Shown: piece after piece, positions 11,702 through 24,690 of the stretch
Numbering within the stretch: position 1 is the first letter of the stretch
Layout: every line of letters begins with the position of its first letter
Assembly: GCA_028534125.1 (NCBI GenBank)
Contig: CM052817.1
Coordinates: forward strand, 31,188,001-31,252,000
Length of the DNA stretch: 64,000 nucleotides
Source: Lama glama
Lineage: Eukaryota
Direction: 5' to 3'
Notes under the pieces: generated by a model
Seen by the model: the letters and a program-made list of their open reading frames with translations, nothing else
The model's database searches: none
What the model was told of the DNA's origin: nothing
Translations under genes and position numbers: made by a program

Positions 11702-14700
11702 CTTTTCTTTGATACAACACTTGGTAAGTGGCATGCTACTAAGTAAGATGTATTATTCATTGATGAGAATCACATACTCTTTTTTTTTTAATTTCTAAAT
11801 TTGTCTTTGTTAGGCTGAGCTGCTCAGTAGACAGTACTCACAAAGTCATAGTCACACGCAGCTCCCAGAGCTGCAGACCTTAGTCATGAAGAGAATGTTA
11901 ACACTGGAAGCGTCTTGCAAGATAATTTACTCCTACTTCCTTCCTTTGCATTGAGAGGAAACTGAAGCCTAAATACATCTCATAGCCAGATACTATGACT
12001 ACAGTCCAGTACTCCAAAATGTCTCACCTAGCTGACTTCTGCTCACAAACGTAAGCCACAGATAACACAGAAGCATAAATCCACAAATCACACAAGAGCA
12101 TGAAATCATTACCACTGCTGGAAAACACAAAAAACAACAGACAGCTTGTTCTCTCTGTGATGGACCAACAGCATCAGCTTCCTACATCAGCACTTCCTGG
12201 TGATCAAGAGACCTCATAAGAGGTATGGCTTTGATGGGGTATGAGAGAGGGAGGAAAGAGATTTCTTTGGTTCCCAGTTTCATAGACATGGGGATAGAAA
12301 AGTGTGCTAGTGAACATTTGTGTCATTGTCTTCCATCAGAACAGCAATAGTGGGAGACGGCAAGGTATTTTTTGGTCACATTGGTCTGAAACTTTTTAAC
12401 AACCTGGACTTTGTCTTATTTTTCACTGGGAATAACCATGGTTCCAGTAGGAAAAAATGACTGGCTGAAGTAGGATCATTGCAGAGCGTTTAACGGAAAA
12501 GCCACTTACAAAGGTGCTGGCAAGGTTTAGAAAAATGAACAAGGGATAGTGTAGCATGCATGGAGGGACAGACTGCTGTTAGCAGCCCAGACTTAAGGGA
12601 CAAGGGGAAGAAGCAGCTTTTGGAACTTGGAGAGAGCTATATGCAGAAGGCTGCCTGACAGGACCCAGAGGCTCTCACAGTGGGACACGGGCCACCTGGA
12701 TCATCTGGCAAAGAAGAAACGAGGGAATTACTACCCAGCCTGACTGTCTTCCCACACTCTGATGTCCTCTTGGTGGCTCCCACTAGCTGAGCCCCACTGG
12801 AAGCTAGAAAGTAGCCATTGTTGAAACCAATCTGTTGGGAAGAATGAGGTGGAGGAAGGTGGGAAGTCGTTAAGATGTAAGGGAGAAAGAGCCAGCACAG
12901 GGCTACATGCATCGTGCCAAGCGGGAGCTCAACAAACACATGTCAGGAGACAAAACTCAGTGCTGGGCGTGTAGATTGTTAAACCATCACCAGCTTGAAA
13001 CCTGGTAGCACTGTTTACACCACAGAAATCAGCAAGTGCTATAAATCATAGTTTTGTTTTATTTTCTTTTCTTTTGTTTTGCAGCCAATTTACCAGTTTA
13101 CCAGTATACCACTGGATGAAAGTACAAAACCATGTCATCTTCTCCAGACAGAAAGCTGTTTTTAATCTCCACTGAAAGGAAGATCACTGCATTGCACTTC
13201 TTGAACCAGATTAGGACACTACATCAATATTAACTCATTATCTCCCACCTCCTCCACCACAACCCCCAGTCCTCCTTTAAGATACACGATCTTCTTGGGA
13301 TCTCCTTGGTGGTAACACCATCTACCCAAGGCCCCCAGCCCAAAAACTTTTGCTTCACCCTCAACCTCACCATTCACATGCAATTAGTTACTGAACACTA
13401 ATTGTACTTCCTAAAACTTCCTCAAATCCATTTGTCCTTCCCCCACCCATTTAACACTGTAGTAAAATGTAACTGGTTGTAGTTCCCCTAATATACGATA
13501 GACTTAGGCTGTTCTTTTACCTGAAATGATCTTTTTTTTCACCTTGTCCACATGGCAAACCTCTATTTCTCCTCCAAAACCCAGTTCAGGTGTTACTTCC
13601 TGCCTGGGAGCAGCCGTCCCTAATATTGCTAAACGGAAGGGGCCCCTCCTCCTTCTCTCTGGTTCCCGCTTATCTTGTAAACAGATCATATGGTCCAGCA
13701 ATGTAATTGTTTTCATGTCTGGTCCCCCGCTATGCTGAGTACCTAGAAGGCAGAGCTATGTTTTATTCATCTCTGCATCCCCAACATCAAAATATGAGCC
13801 TAGCGCATTGTAGGTGCCAATAAGTGTTTGCTAAAGGAATAAATAAATTGATAACTTTCCTAACATCCTTGTTGAATAAACTGATGTCAGAAGCTGAGCT
13901 GAGTTCCCAAGCTCTACATGTGCCTGGCAAGACCCTCCACCCCTCCCTTATGTCCACTCCCCAACACGCTCATCCTGGCTGAAAGTGTCTGCTTACAGGA
14001 CTGATTTCATCATGCACTCTTTCCCATTTACATCACAGGACACCCAGGATGTCCTCATCTCCCTCCCTTCCTGGATTCCCGTATCTTCTAGGATCAAATG
14101 GAATCTTCACAGTGGGCTTTTCCTGAACAACACTTTGCTTAAAATTGCCCTTCTTGCCACCATGTCCCTACTCTCCCAAAGTTCTCCACTTTTTTGTTAA
14201 ATTTTTTACACTGCACTTACCTCCATTATTTAAAGTATTTTTGACCTATTTATTTGCTCATTGCCTATGGCCTGCTTGGAACAAAGCTGTGAAAAGCAAA
14301 GTTGGGAGCAGAACCATTACTACCTAACTCCCAACTTAATAGTTTGTGCAGGAGCTCACCCAGTCCCTGCTCACGTGATCCCCTCCCAATCAGGCCAGCA
14401 AATTCTACACTGTTCGATTTTGAAATAATTTCCATTGTAGAGGAAAATGTCAGTAAAATTGCTATGGATGGAAACTCCATAGATCAAGTGTCTTGCTTAT
14501 ATGCCAATACCAAGATGTCATCCTTAAGAAGGCGAAGTCTAAAGAAATACCAAGACATAAACACAGCTTGAATTAAGATGACTGTGCATAATATGAAACT
14601 ACACAACCACCCCTGAAGGAGAATATAAAGTTCCATCCCCTTCTCCCCAGCATGCTCCTGATGCTCATTAATACTTGGCATGTTCACCAGGGCCCAGGGG

Positions 14701-15841
14701 AGAGAGGATTAACAAATCACAAAAGAAATCTGCAAACGCCAAGTTATTTTTTGCAGCTGTTTTGATTTTGCACATCATAAAATGATGCTTTAAATATGGA
14801 TCTTTGAAATGAATTGAATCACTGGCATTAAATCTAAATTCTAGTCACATCCACACAATACCCATGAGTTACTGAGGAGAAAAGTAAACAAACTACTCCA
14901 CTGAGCTTGATGAAGTATGTGTGCTGGAGACACCGTCAGTGATGTGACAAGGCATTCTCTGAGAGATCTGAGCTCCTGTGGCCTGATTCTCCAGCTGTAC
15001 ATCTTTGTAAAATAAAAGTAATATGAGTTATCTGACTGTGTATTACCCATACTTTGAGCCATTCTGGCACGCGATATGGAACCTTACTTATCATTTGATA
15101 TTTTATGTATAATGCCAAAAAGCAGACTAGATCCCCCATGTTGCCTGAGGTTGACAAAGGAGCTATGATACAGCTGATCCCCTAAACCGCCAGGTTGTTA
15201 GGAAGGGTGTAGCTAAAAAGACTACTGTTTCCACGTTAGCAGATAAAATCAGGAAAGTAAGTGGCAACTGACTCTCTGAATATTAATTAGGTTGGTAGCA
15301 ACAAAGCCTATCTTTTTAAACTACTGACCTATAAAATTTTTTTAATTATGAAAAAATTTCAATTCTGTAATATTTCCATTTATTTCCAAATGTGATACAG
15401 TTAGAGTTCTTGGGACAGAGATAAAATCTTTGATAAATAAATTAGCGATGTGTAATTATTCTCCATTTAGAAAAAAAGTGATAAGCTTATGTTGACTTTA
15501 TATAACTTATGAATTCTTCAAAAAATTGTTTTAAATCAAGTATTTTTCAATTAGCTTTTAAGATTATTTCAGGGTTGCATTTACATAGGAGAGTGGCACC
15601 TGCTGTCTTATAAAATACCATATTTAAGAACAAGGTAAACCTTGTTCTTAAAATCACATTATAAGCAGACAGATCTGTTACTATTTTACTAAACAGTAAA
15701 TTTCAGCTCAAAAAGGATGCAGTGATAAAGGGATGTGGAAGTGTAGAAATTGTGAGTATAAATTGGATGGTGGTGAAGAGGCTTTATAATTCTGGCATAG
15801 CAAACATTTTTAAACAATTATTCAGATGTCAACTTTGGTGC

Positions 15842-16313
15842 TGTGAAGGAAAAATATGCAAACCATATCAGTAAACAAAGAATGTTGAAACCATCAAGTC
15901 TTCAGCGACTGCCACCACCCTCCAGTGAAGACAAGCCTACAGCCCAGCCTCTGCAGCCACTCACAGTGGTGCCCTCTGAGAGGACTCAGAATAAGAAAGG
16001 ACAGGACACTGGCCCTAGATAGCTAGGTGCTTGTCAAAGGAATGAATTCAATGAGCCCAAATGTTTGCTTCCTCCCAAACAAAGAAAAGCACTAAATTCT
16101 TTAACTTGAGATGCCTGGTTTTCTTTAACAAGTAATCTTTTAATGTTCCAACTACCTGGTCTTTGTTGTAAAGCTCCTATATATCGTAGCTCCTCCCCTA
16201 CCTCTTGGGAGCAGTCCCTCAGAGCCATCTGAGAGGCTGTCACCCTGCTCGGTCCTCCTGCCAAATAAAACATAACTCTCTACTTTTAGGTTGCACATTT
16301 ATTTCAGTCAACA
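15842..16313 (+). mobile_element. Young solo ERV1-type LTR, copy 1 of a family present three times
   Basis: TGTGAA...TCAACA ends, TATA-like cctatata ~16176, AATAAA ~16264, near-TSD GTGC/GTGT; homologous to 42616-43080 and 44288-44670. Confidence 0.9.
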
Positions 16314-18094
16314 GTGTATCTTGATTGTTCACCTAGAGGCCACCTCAGTCACCTGGCCATCTTCAGTAATGTAATGGAGTTGGATCAGGAAAATCATGTC
16401 ATCTGTGTATTTGAAATGACCGACAGGAAACTTTTATTGTAACTTTAAATAATGGAAACTAGAGTTTGGGCTCATTTTTTCTCAGGAATTCTGCTTCTAA
16501 AAGAAAGCCTGGGACATTTATACTAAATAAACAAATTGTGCCTTCCAAAACAGAAACTTTAAATCTCTCATGTTTCTGTTAACATTTTTTTTTCCTTCCT
16601 CCCTAGTGGCTGAAACAAAGATATGCCTAGAACTTTTATTTACCTACCAGGATTTTAGCAAAAGCAAAAGCTTAAAAGATGAACAGAAGGTGAACAGAAG
16701 ATAGACACACAGCAGATTTTAGAAGCAGGACCCAGAATCCAATGTGAAAAGCAGGATGAAGCAGCGCAGGTCTTAACACTGGGAGTCAAAAGGTCTGTAT
16801 TCTACCATGAACTGTTCACCTCTGAGCAAGAGCCAGTCCACCCAAGACATGCAGGTGTTCCCAGCAGACAATTTAACACCTCCCCAAGGTGATACACTGT
16901 AAACATTTGTTCAACGTTTATTTAGGTAAGAACCTGACAGTTGCAATGGAAAGAGGGCTTTGGCTGGCAGGGTCCCAATCTGCAAGCCCCACTTTGAAAA
17001 GCAGAAGCCCTGCAGGCAAGTCAGCCCACACTTTGTGAAGGCAGGTAGGTGACCATCTGCTGCTACTGAATCCATGGGCTGTGAACACAACCCCCACAAG
17101 GCCCCCAGTTCTCATTATTCCCAAAGCAAACATAAAAGTGTCCCTGAGAAAAGTTACGGTAAACTTAAATTTCTTCATCTTTTTCTTCCTAAGTTTTTAG
17201 AGCTCCTTTAATTAGTGCCACAGGCCACCAAGGAACCTGCCCCTTAATCTACAGGGAACTAATGGGCCCTAAGATGTTTGATTCTTTGCCACAGTGTCTC
17301 CAGTGGTTTCTCATCAGTTGGTTTAAATACTTCTAATGGTAGCTCACCATTTCCTGAGATATGTCCACACAGACACAACTTTATCCATAAAGTTCTTACT
17401 TAAGTCTGAATTTGTTTCTCTATGACTTTCAATTACTGAATCTGTGTTTTTCCTTATGGAAAAATATAGAAAAAGTGTGTTCCCTCTTCCAGGCCATGGA
17501 CCAGGGACATTTGAGGATGGCTAGGGTACACCCTTAGGGCCTCACACCTCCAGGTCCCCCAACTACTCATCACATGAACAGATTCTGAATCACTATCCTG
17601 ATCATTTTTCTCTAGACATTTTTATCATGGTTTGGTATATAATGGCTCTGTATAAAATCTGAACTCTAAGATTTTCAACTAGAGTAGACCAGAAGTCTTC
17701 TTAACTGGTGAATATGAGTCAATATTAAAAAGAAAGCACAGAGCCACCAAATCAATCCTCAGGAACACTCTAGTATTTCCTCATCTATCAGGTCTAGGAT
17801 TTTGACAGCAACGAAGAAGAGCAAGTTTATGTGTTTTAGCTGGTTTCTCTGCCAACCGAAGCTCACTCAGAAGAAAGCTAAATCAACTCTGGGAATACCA
17901 TCCAACTCAATTTCAAATTATAATTCACTTAATTTACATACAGGATTTGATTTATGCATGAATTTTCAATAATATTATCAATTAAAGCAAGCAATGCACA
18001 ACTACCATCAACATATTATGAACTCCCTTTTACCTAGACATTTAGAAGAGCTCCCTAATTGAAGAGTTTATTTCAACTGGAATGACCAATGGAT

Positions 18095-18555
18095 CCACTC
18101 ATTCCAACAAATATTTACTGAGCACCTGCTATGTGTTGGGCACTGCTCTGAGCATCGGGTGTATAACCATGAACAAAGTTAGTAAGCTCCTTGCCACTGT
18201 GCAGCTAAGACAGACAACATGCAAACAAGCAAAAAGAGCCAGAGCCAGGTTGTAGTGAAAAACAGAAGCACTGAAGGTGATCAAAAGAAGATTTCTCTGC
18301 AAAGCTGTCCCTTGAGCAGACGGCATGGTTCAAGGGGCTAGATCCATCCAGACAAAGGAACAGCACATGCAAAGGAAGTTGGGAAAAGGTTGGTCTTTTC
18401 GAGAAAGGTCAGTGCAGTCGTGGCAGGGTTGATGACCCCAGAGAAGCAGGGAATGCTTCAAAAGCCTTGGCAAGAAGTTCAGTCTGTTATCTAAGTCTAA
18501 TGGAAAGCTCTTGAAAGAGCAGAGGCCAGGGAATGACATCATCTAACCTGTGTTT
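18095..18555 (-). mobile_element. L2 fragment
   Basis: cattccaacaaatatttactgagcacctgctatgtgttgggcactg. Confidence 0.75.
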
Positions 18556-18569
18556 TTATTTTTCATTTT

Positions 18570-18780
18570 TTTCCCTTACAGTTTTATTTAAATATAATTG
18601 ACATATAACACTGTATAAGTTCAGGGTGTCCAGCATAATGATTACCACAATAGGTTTATCCAACATCCCTCATCTTATATAGAGACAAAATTAAAGAAAA
18701 AGAAAAAACATATTTTTCCTTGTGATGAGAACTCTTAGGATATACTCTCTTAACAACTTTCATATGTAACATACAAGAGC
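18570..18780 (-). mobile_element. L1 3' end fragment
   Basis: ttttatttaaatataattgacatataacactgtataagtt...tgtgatgagaactcttaggat.tactctctt. Confidence 0.8.
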
Positions 18781-18984
18781 ACTAACTTTTTAAATCATCT
18801 CTTTGGCAGCTAAGTGGAAATGGATTAGAAGATGCAAAGAATGAGAAAGATATATAAATCCTGCATCTCTGAAAGAGGTGATAAAGTCTACACCCTCCCA
18901 GAAACTCATACCCCATCTTTGACTACCATGTCAATAATGGTACTATTTACATTTAATAATAATAAATTCCTTATTATTTAATAA

Positions 18985-19215
18985 TAGTACTATTTATGGA
19001 GAAGTTACTATGTGCCAGACAGTGTAGATCATGTAGGAGCACTTTATATAAGTCATTCTGTTTAATACACACAAATAAACCCTATGAAGTGAGTATTATC
19101 ACTTTCATTAAACAGTAAGGAAACTGAAAGTCAGAAAGGCTAACTGAAGTGCCTAAGGTCTTATACCTGGCAACTGGCAGAGCTGCAGTTTGAATCAGGT
19201 TTCATCTGCCCCAAA
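18985..19215. mobile_element. MIR SINE
   Basis: tactatgtgccagac...cagtaaggaaactgaaagtcagaaaggctaactgaagtgcctaaggtc core. Confidence 0.75.
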
Positions 19216-19641
19216 CTTTCAAAAGCATTCTCTGCACTTGCCAGATTAAATTCTCTAATCTCCAGTAGTCATACTTCTTTGGGAAAAATTAGCATATTTT
19301 TGAAGATGCTCATTTGAGGAAACTCACCTGAGCCCTTCCACAATCCTATAGGGATTGAGTACCTGACAGAAAACCATCCTGTAGCCCCCAAATTTAAGAA
19401 ATAATCTTTAACCTCTAGTCATTTGGCTAGTTAAAGTTTTTTTCAGATAAGTTATTTATTTTCTTGACTAAAATGTGGATAACAGAACCTGACACATCCT
19501 ATATTTTTTGGATGAGTTCAATTAGGTCTGGTATGAAAAATATTGGCCCCAAAATAGCAGTATTAGTGAAACTTTGATTGGGACACAATGATCCACGTAT
19601 TGTGCTAAATGTTTTATATGAGCTACCTGAATCAAAAAAAT

Positions 19642-19750
19642 AAAAAAATATGAAATACTTCACAAATATGCATGTCATCCTTTCACAGGGATCATGTTAA
19701 TCTTTGATGTATGGTTCCAAATTAGTATACTTTAGTGCCGAAGCAAGCAC
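19642..19750 (-). pseudogene. RNU6: U6 snRNA retro-pseudogene, full length and diverged
   Basis: Reverse complement reads GTGCTTGCTTCGGCAC..TATACTAATTTGGAACCATACATCAAAGATTAACATGATCCCTGTGAAAGGATGACATGCATATTTGTGAAGTATTTCATATTTTTT, colinear with U6; ACAGAGA box mutated. Confidence 0.93.
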
Positions 19751-20449
19751 AAGATAAGAATCTTTATTTCATTTCCACAGATGTTAAGAATTCTGCTAAG
19801 GACCTAGTGGCAAATCAACACTCCAGAGTAAAAGAACAGGTAGCAAACATGTCTTTTTTTTAATGTTAAAGACTTACTTCATGAGCAAAGTTTCTCTGCA
19901 AAGTATTAAGAGGATGTGAGTGGGGTGATGACAATCAGCAGGAGCTCCTGGGTGTCTTTTAGCAGCAAAGCCAAGGCTGGACCTTTCAGGTCAATGAACC
20001 CCACTTCTGCTTCCATGAGGTTATTATAGGCTGATTATTGCAGCCAGGAGGGAAAGGGTGATAGCGACATAGGAAAGGCATGGAGCTGCGATACTGCTTC
20101 CTCCTCCAAACACAGAGACTTTAAGTATATCAAAAAGCCATCCAGAAACCACTGTGATTCTCCTGGCCCAGGAAATGCTCTTTTCTCTCTACCTATTTGT
20201 CATTATTTTTAAGCTATTCTTTCTCACCCACATAATTTTAGGGCTACCTCAACTGTTTCTCAGCTCAATCTCTGTATTTTGAGATATATGTTACTGAATC
20301 CATATAAATTATACTTCACTTTAATTACCCTGTGTTATAGTCCATGATACACACACTTATCTATTTTTTTAAAATTGATGCTATTAATGAATCTGTTTAA
20401 TTAAACTACTAAAGGTTATTGTTGTACAATATAGTTGAGTATAGACCTA

Positions 20450-20615
20450 TTTTTTAATTGAAGTATAACTGATTTGCAATGTTGTGTTAGTTTCTGGTGT
20501 CTAGCATAGTGATTCAGTTAGGCATTTTATATTTTTTGTCATATTCTTTTTCATTATAGGTTATTACAAAATATTGGATATGGTTCCCTGTGCAATACAG
20601 TGGGACCCTGTTGTT
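20450..20615 (-). mobile_element. Short L1 3' end fragment
   Basis: ttttttaattgaagtataactgattt.caatgttgtgttagtttctggtgt...ggttccctgtgc.atacagt. Confidence 0.8.
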
Positions 20616-21644
20616 TTAGATCTTTTTAAATTAAATTCTAAATGTTATTAAGTACCTCTTTTCTCTAGGATGGAATATAAGCAATTCTCTATTACTTGAC
20701 TAGTAGAGAAAATTAATAAAATAGATGATCCAAAATAGTGAAATATAAGAAAAATATGTTTGACTTTAGGGTTATTTTCTACAATACATTTTACCATTCA
20801 GAACTTATTTTGCTTATTAAATTTAGCTTGCAGGTTTTATGCACACGCTAAATGACAGCAGGAAGAACTGGTCTGAAAGTATAATTATAAAATCAAATAT
20901 AGAAATAAATGGAATAAAAAGTAGGATAAGTTCCCCAAAGGAGACCTGAAGACTGACTATAAATTATTATCCATTATAACAGAAAATGGAAAATTCTCAT
21001 ATGAGAGCATTTCTCAGGATGAACCAGGTCAGGAGAAAAACAAATTTTACCTAAAAGTACCCAGAAGACTATGAGCTACTTAAACTAGAATTTTACAACT
21101 GACTGAGCTGAGAGTAGAGATGGAATTATAATAAGAATAATTCCATCCTTATAATAAGATCATCCTTATAATAAGAAGGATGATCACTCTGAGTTCAGAG
21201 CCTCCTGGAGGCTGAATGCACTCTCTTTCATTGTCTTATTTATGCACACACATGAGTCCACAGAGAAATTACAGCAAGGAGATGTAAGTGAAATTGTTTG
21301 AAACCATGGAGAAGTGGAATTAGAATCCAATTCCAGCAGCCTTGAGTATTTGGCCTAATTTTCTTTTGATCCATAAAGCACCCCACATTCTGGGGACAAT
21401 CCTCCAATATCTAGCACATGGTAGGAAGACTCTTCGTGCTCTCAATGTCATGAGCACTGCCTCTCCTTCACAACCCACTAACAGCCGTTGCTGACATTTA
21501 TTGAGCTCTTCATAAAAGCCAGGCACTGTTCCAAGCTCTCTCCATCATTCAGTTCTCACGTGAGCTTTGTAAGTACACCTATTATCTCCACTGTACCAAG
21601 GAGAGGGCTCAGACACGTGGCTCCTGCTTTCTCAGCCACGGCAG

Positions 21645-22080
21645 TGTGGTGAATAGTCGTCCCCAAGGGATACATCCACACCTGAACCTCGGGAACCTGT
21701 GAATGTGACTCATTTGGAAAAAATAGTCTTTGTGGATGTAATTAAGTTAAGGACCTTGAGAGGATGAGTTCATCTTGGTTCATCTGAATGGGCCCTAAAT
21801 CCAGGAACAAGTGTCCTCACAAGAGCAGACACAGACCGAGGAGAAGGCAATGTGAAGATGGAGGCAGAGATGGGAATGATGTGGCCACAAGTCAGGGAAT
21901 GCCTGAAACCACCAGAAACTGGCCAAGAAGGGAAATGAGCTTTCTCCCTAGAACCCCAGAGGGAGCGTGGCCCTTCCAGATTTTGGACTGTCAGCTTATA
22001 GAACTGTGAGAGAACAAATTTCTCTTTCAGCTATCCAGCTTCTAGTAATTTGTTACAGCAGACCTGAAAATTAGGACAAC
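21645..22080 (+). mobile_element. MLT1 LTR, preceded by a MIR fragment (~21490-21640)
   Basis: gaacctgtgaatgtgact.atttggaaa...tgtgaagatggaggcagaga...gaactgtgagagaacaaatttct...aatttgttacagca. Confidence 0.85.
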
Positions 22081-22624
22081 CACCACATTATAATGCTGCC
22101 ATTCTAGGAACATAAAGGGCATTTCTACTACCATCCCATAGCTTAATTCATGGGAAAGACCTAGCAGAGTTCCTCTCTCTTTTTACCATGAAAGGACCCT
22201 CCACAAATGATTCTTTCAGGGGAAACACTTTCCTGAATGCTGTGCCTGTTAATAGGAATTTACTTATTTCTGAAATTCATAATCTACTGTTTCTCTTCTC
22301 AGTTTTTATTTTATGGCAATGCAGTCTTTTCCTAGTTAAAATAATAAATGCCTTTGATCTAGTCAAAACATATTTTATACATTAAATTAGTACAAATAAC
22401 ATGGAACCTACTTGCACTTAAAAATGCAATTCATTCTCTAATTACTATTCTGAAAACTTTCCAACATTTTGATTCAGAAAATAATTGAGGCTATATATGA
22501 TGATGTATTTAATACATGCCTTGAACATTTTTTAAAATGTTTACTGAAATATCCCATAATATACTTTTCATTAATTGACTCCTATAATTTCAATATTAAA
22601 TAGTGATTTTCAATATTATTTCAA

Positions 22625-22913
22625 TAAGGTGAAGGTGGTTAAAAGGTACAAACTTCCAGTTATAAAATACATAAATAAGTAATGTACAACCTGGTGACTA
22701 TAGTTAATACTGTACTGCATATTTGAAAGTTGCTAACAGAGTAGATCTTAAAAGTTCTCATCATCAGAAAAAAAAATCTGTTAACTATGTGTCATGATGG
22801 ATGTTAACGAGACTTACTGTGATGATCATCTCACAACATATACATGTATTGAATCACTATGCTGTACACCTGGAACTAATATGTTATATGTCAATTATAT
22901 CTCAATTAAAAAA
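22625..22913 (+). mobile_element. L1 3'UTR end (L1MA/MB-type)
   Basis: aaaggtacaaacttccagttata...gagtagatcttaaaagttctcatca...tatatctcaattaaaa. Confidence 0.85.
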
Positions 22914-23853
22914 TGACATGTGCTTACAAGACACATACACAAGCATGTTCACTCACATATTCTCCCTCACGCCTCAAAGAAGAAAATTCTTTCTTATCCT
23001 GTTCAACATTGTACTGGACAGTTTCTGTTTGTCCTTCCACATCTACCCTTCTTCGCTCTCCTCACTCTGCTCTGGGTTCCAGTGTTGACCATAAGAACCA
23101 ACCAACATCTCACCCATACCTGATTTAGATAAGGAGATTTGGGACTTTCTGAGCTGGTGATACTGAGATGAAATTTTCCATCTTATCAATTATACTCATG
23201 TCAATTGCACACCCTTGCCCAGTGGTCACAGGTGAGTTCAGTTGGTGGGAGGCCCTGGCAGATGGGAGGGTGGGCGGGGAGTGAGGCCAGGGCATTTACT
23301 CCTTCTTCTCTCTTCCTGAAGGACTGAAGGGCTGGCGCTGTCTATGCGTCCACATCTTGGGTCACAGCATTTGGCTTCCTGGGAGACCTCTTTGCTCACA
23401 GCCTCAGCTCTCTCCAGGTCTGCCTGCTCTTTGCCCCCTTCAAGTCTGGAGTGGTGGAACTGCATCCCCCATCATGAGACCCTGGAGCCTCTAATCACTT
23501 GCTTGTTGTCTTAACCCTGCCCACACCTCCATAAATCACCTCCTCAATAAACTCTTTTCGATCACCCTTTGTGCTGCTTCAGCCAGCCCCTCACAAAACA
23601 GCTATTGAGTATTCCAGCTGATGACTTCCATCTAAAATCCTGAATAATTTCTTCCCATAAATAAAATTATTTCAGGTTTTTCAAAAATGTCTACTTTAAA
23701 AGAATTACAACTGGCTATGATTTGTGTGGGATTTTTTTTTCTCCTTTAACAACAACAAAAACAAAAGAGAGTAGAGAGGGATGATTTCCGTTCCTCTCAG
23801 ACACTTCTGCTATCACTAACCCTTATCACTGAATGTTTTTGGTTCCAAAATAC

Positions 23854-24061
23854 CTGTCATCACCATCATCGATGCACTTGGGAAAGGCAAGGATGCAGCC
23901 AAAAAGCATGATGTGTTGATAGCAACCGAGGCGATGGAGGTACGTGAAGAACTTGAGGAACTTCTCCATTTCCATGTTTTTGACAATTGAGAGGAGAGGT
24001 GTCAGCGTGGTGTGGTAGGGCAGCATCTGACACTGGCTGTGGGTGATGTTCATGCAGGCAC
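23854..24061 (-). CDS. CORIN: CORIN coding exon 4 (208 bp): first half of the frizzled-like domain 1, ACMNITHSQCQMLPYHTTLTPLLSIVKNMEMEKFLKFFTYLHRLGCYQHIMLFGCILAFPKCIDDGDD(S)
   Basis: Acceptor ttcccag|GT, donor GACAG|gtattt, phase 1 to 2. Cys-rich frizzled pattern near-identical to corin. Confidence 0.97.
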
Positions 24062-24209
24062 CTGGGAAGTCAAGATAATTATGTTTAGGAGAAGACACGT
24101 CAGAATTACATGTTTACAAACTCATTTGATATGATAGACTAACGTGTTCATGCAATAAAATATATCCTGTTAAGTCAGAATGATTATAGATGTACAATAA
24201 GACACATAC

Positions 24210-24690
24210 ATAGCAGCATTATTTACAGCTTCCAAGACATGGAAGCAATCTAAGTGTCACTGACAGATGAATGGATAAAGAAGATGTGGTGTATACATAC
24301 GCAGTGAAGTATCACTCAATAATAAAAAAGAATGAAATTTTGCCATTTGCAGCAACGTGGATGGACCTGGAGGGCATTATGCTAAATAGAATAAGTCAGA
24401 CAGAGAAAGACAAATGCTGTATGATATCACTATATGTAGAATCTAACAAATACAACAAACTAGTGAATATAAAAAAGAAGTAGACTCACAGATACAGAGA
24501 ACAAACTAGTGGTTATCAGTGGGAAAAGGGGGCAATAAAGGTGTGGGAGAGTCAGAGGTACAAACTATCGCATGTAAGGTAAACTCAAGGATGTGTTGTA
24601 CAACACGGGGAACAGAGCCAATATTTTGTAATAACTGTAAACAGAGTGTAACCCTTAAAAATTGTATGAAAATAATTTTTTTAAAAGAAA
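24210..24690 (+). mobile_element. 5'-truncated L1 3' end, ~150 bp upstream of the exon 4 acceptor
   Basis: ORF2 C-terminal peptide KKNEILPFAATWMDLEGIML..ISQTEKDK plus 3'UTR. Confidence 0.9.

Noticed and set aside
21128..21178. Short direct repeats (catccttataataagaa x2; likewise aagtgctgcaca x2 at ~53345, ttttttaaaacaaag x2 at ~56101, aagaaata.ttagaagaaat x2 at ~61034)
   Set aside because: Only two copies each, consistent with ordinary slippage duplications; not CRISPR-like arrays and no functional evidence.
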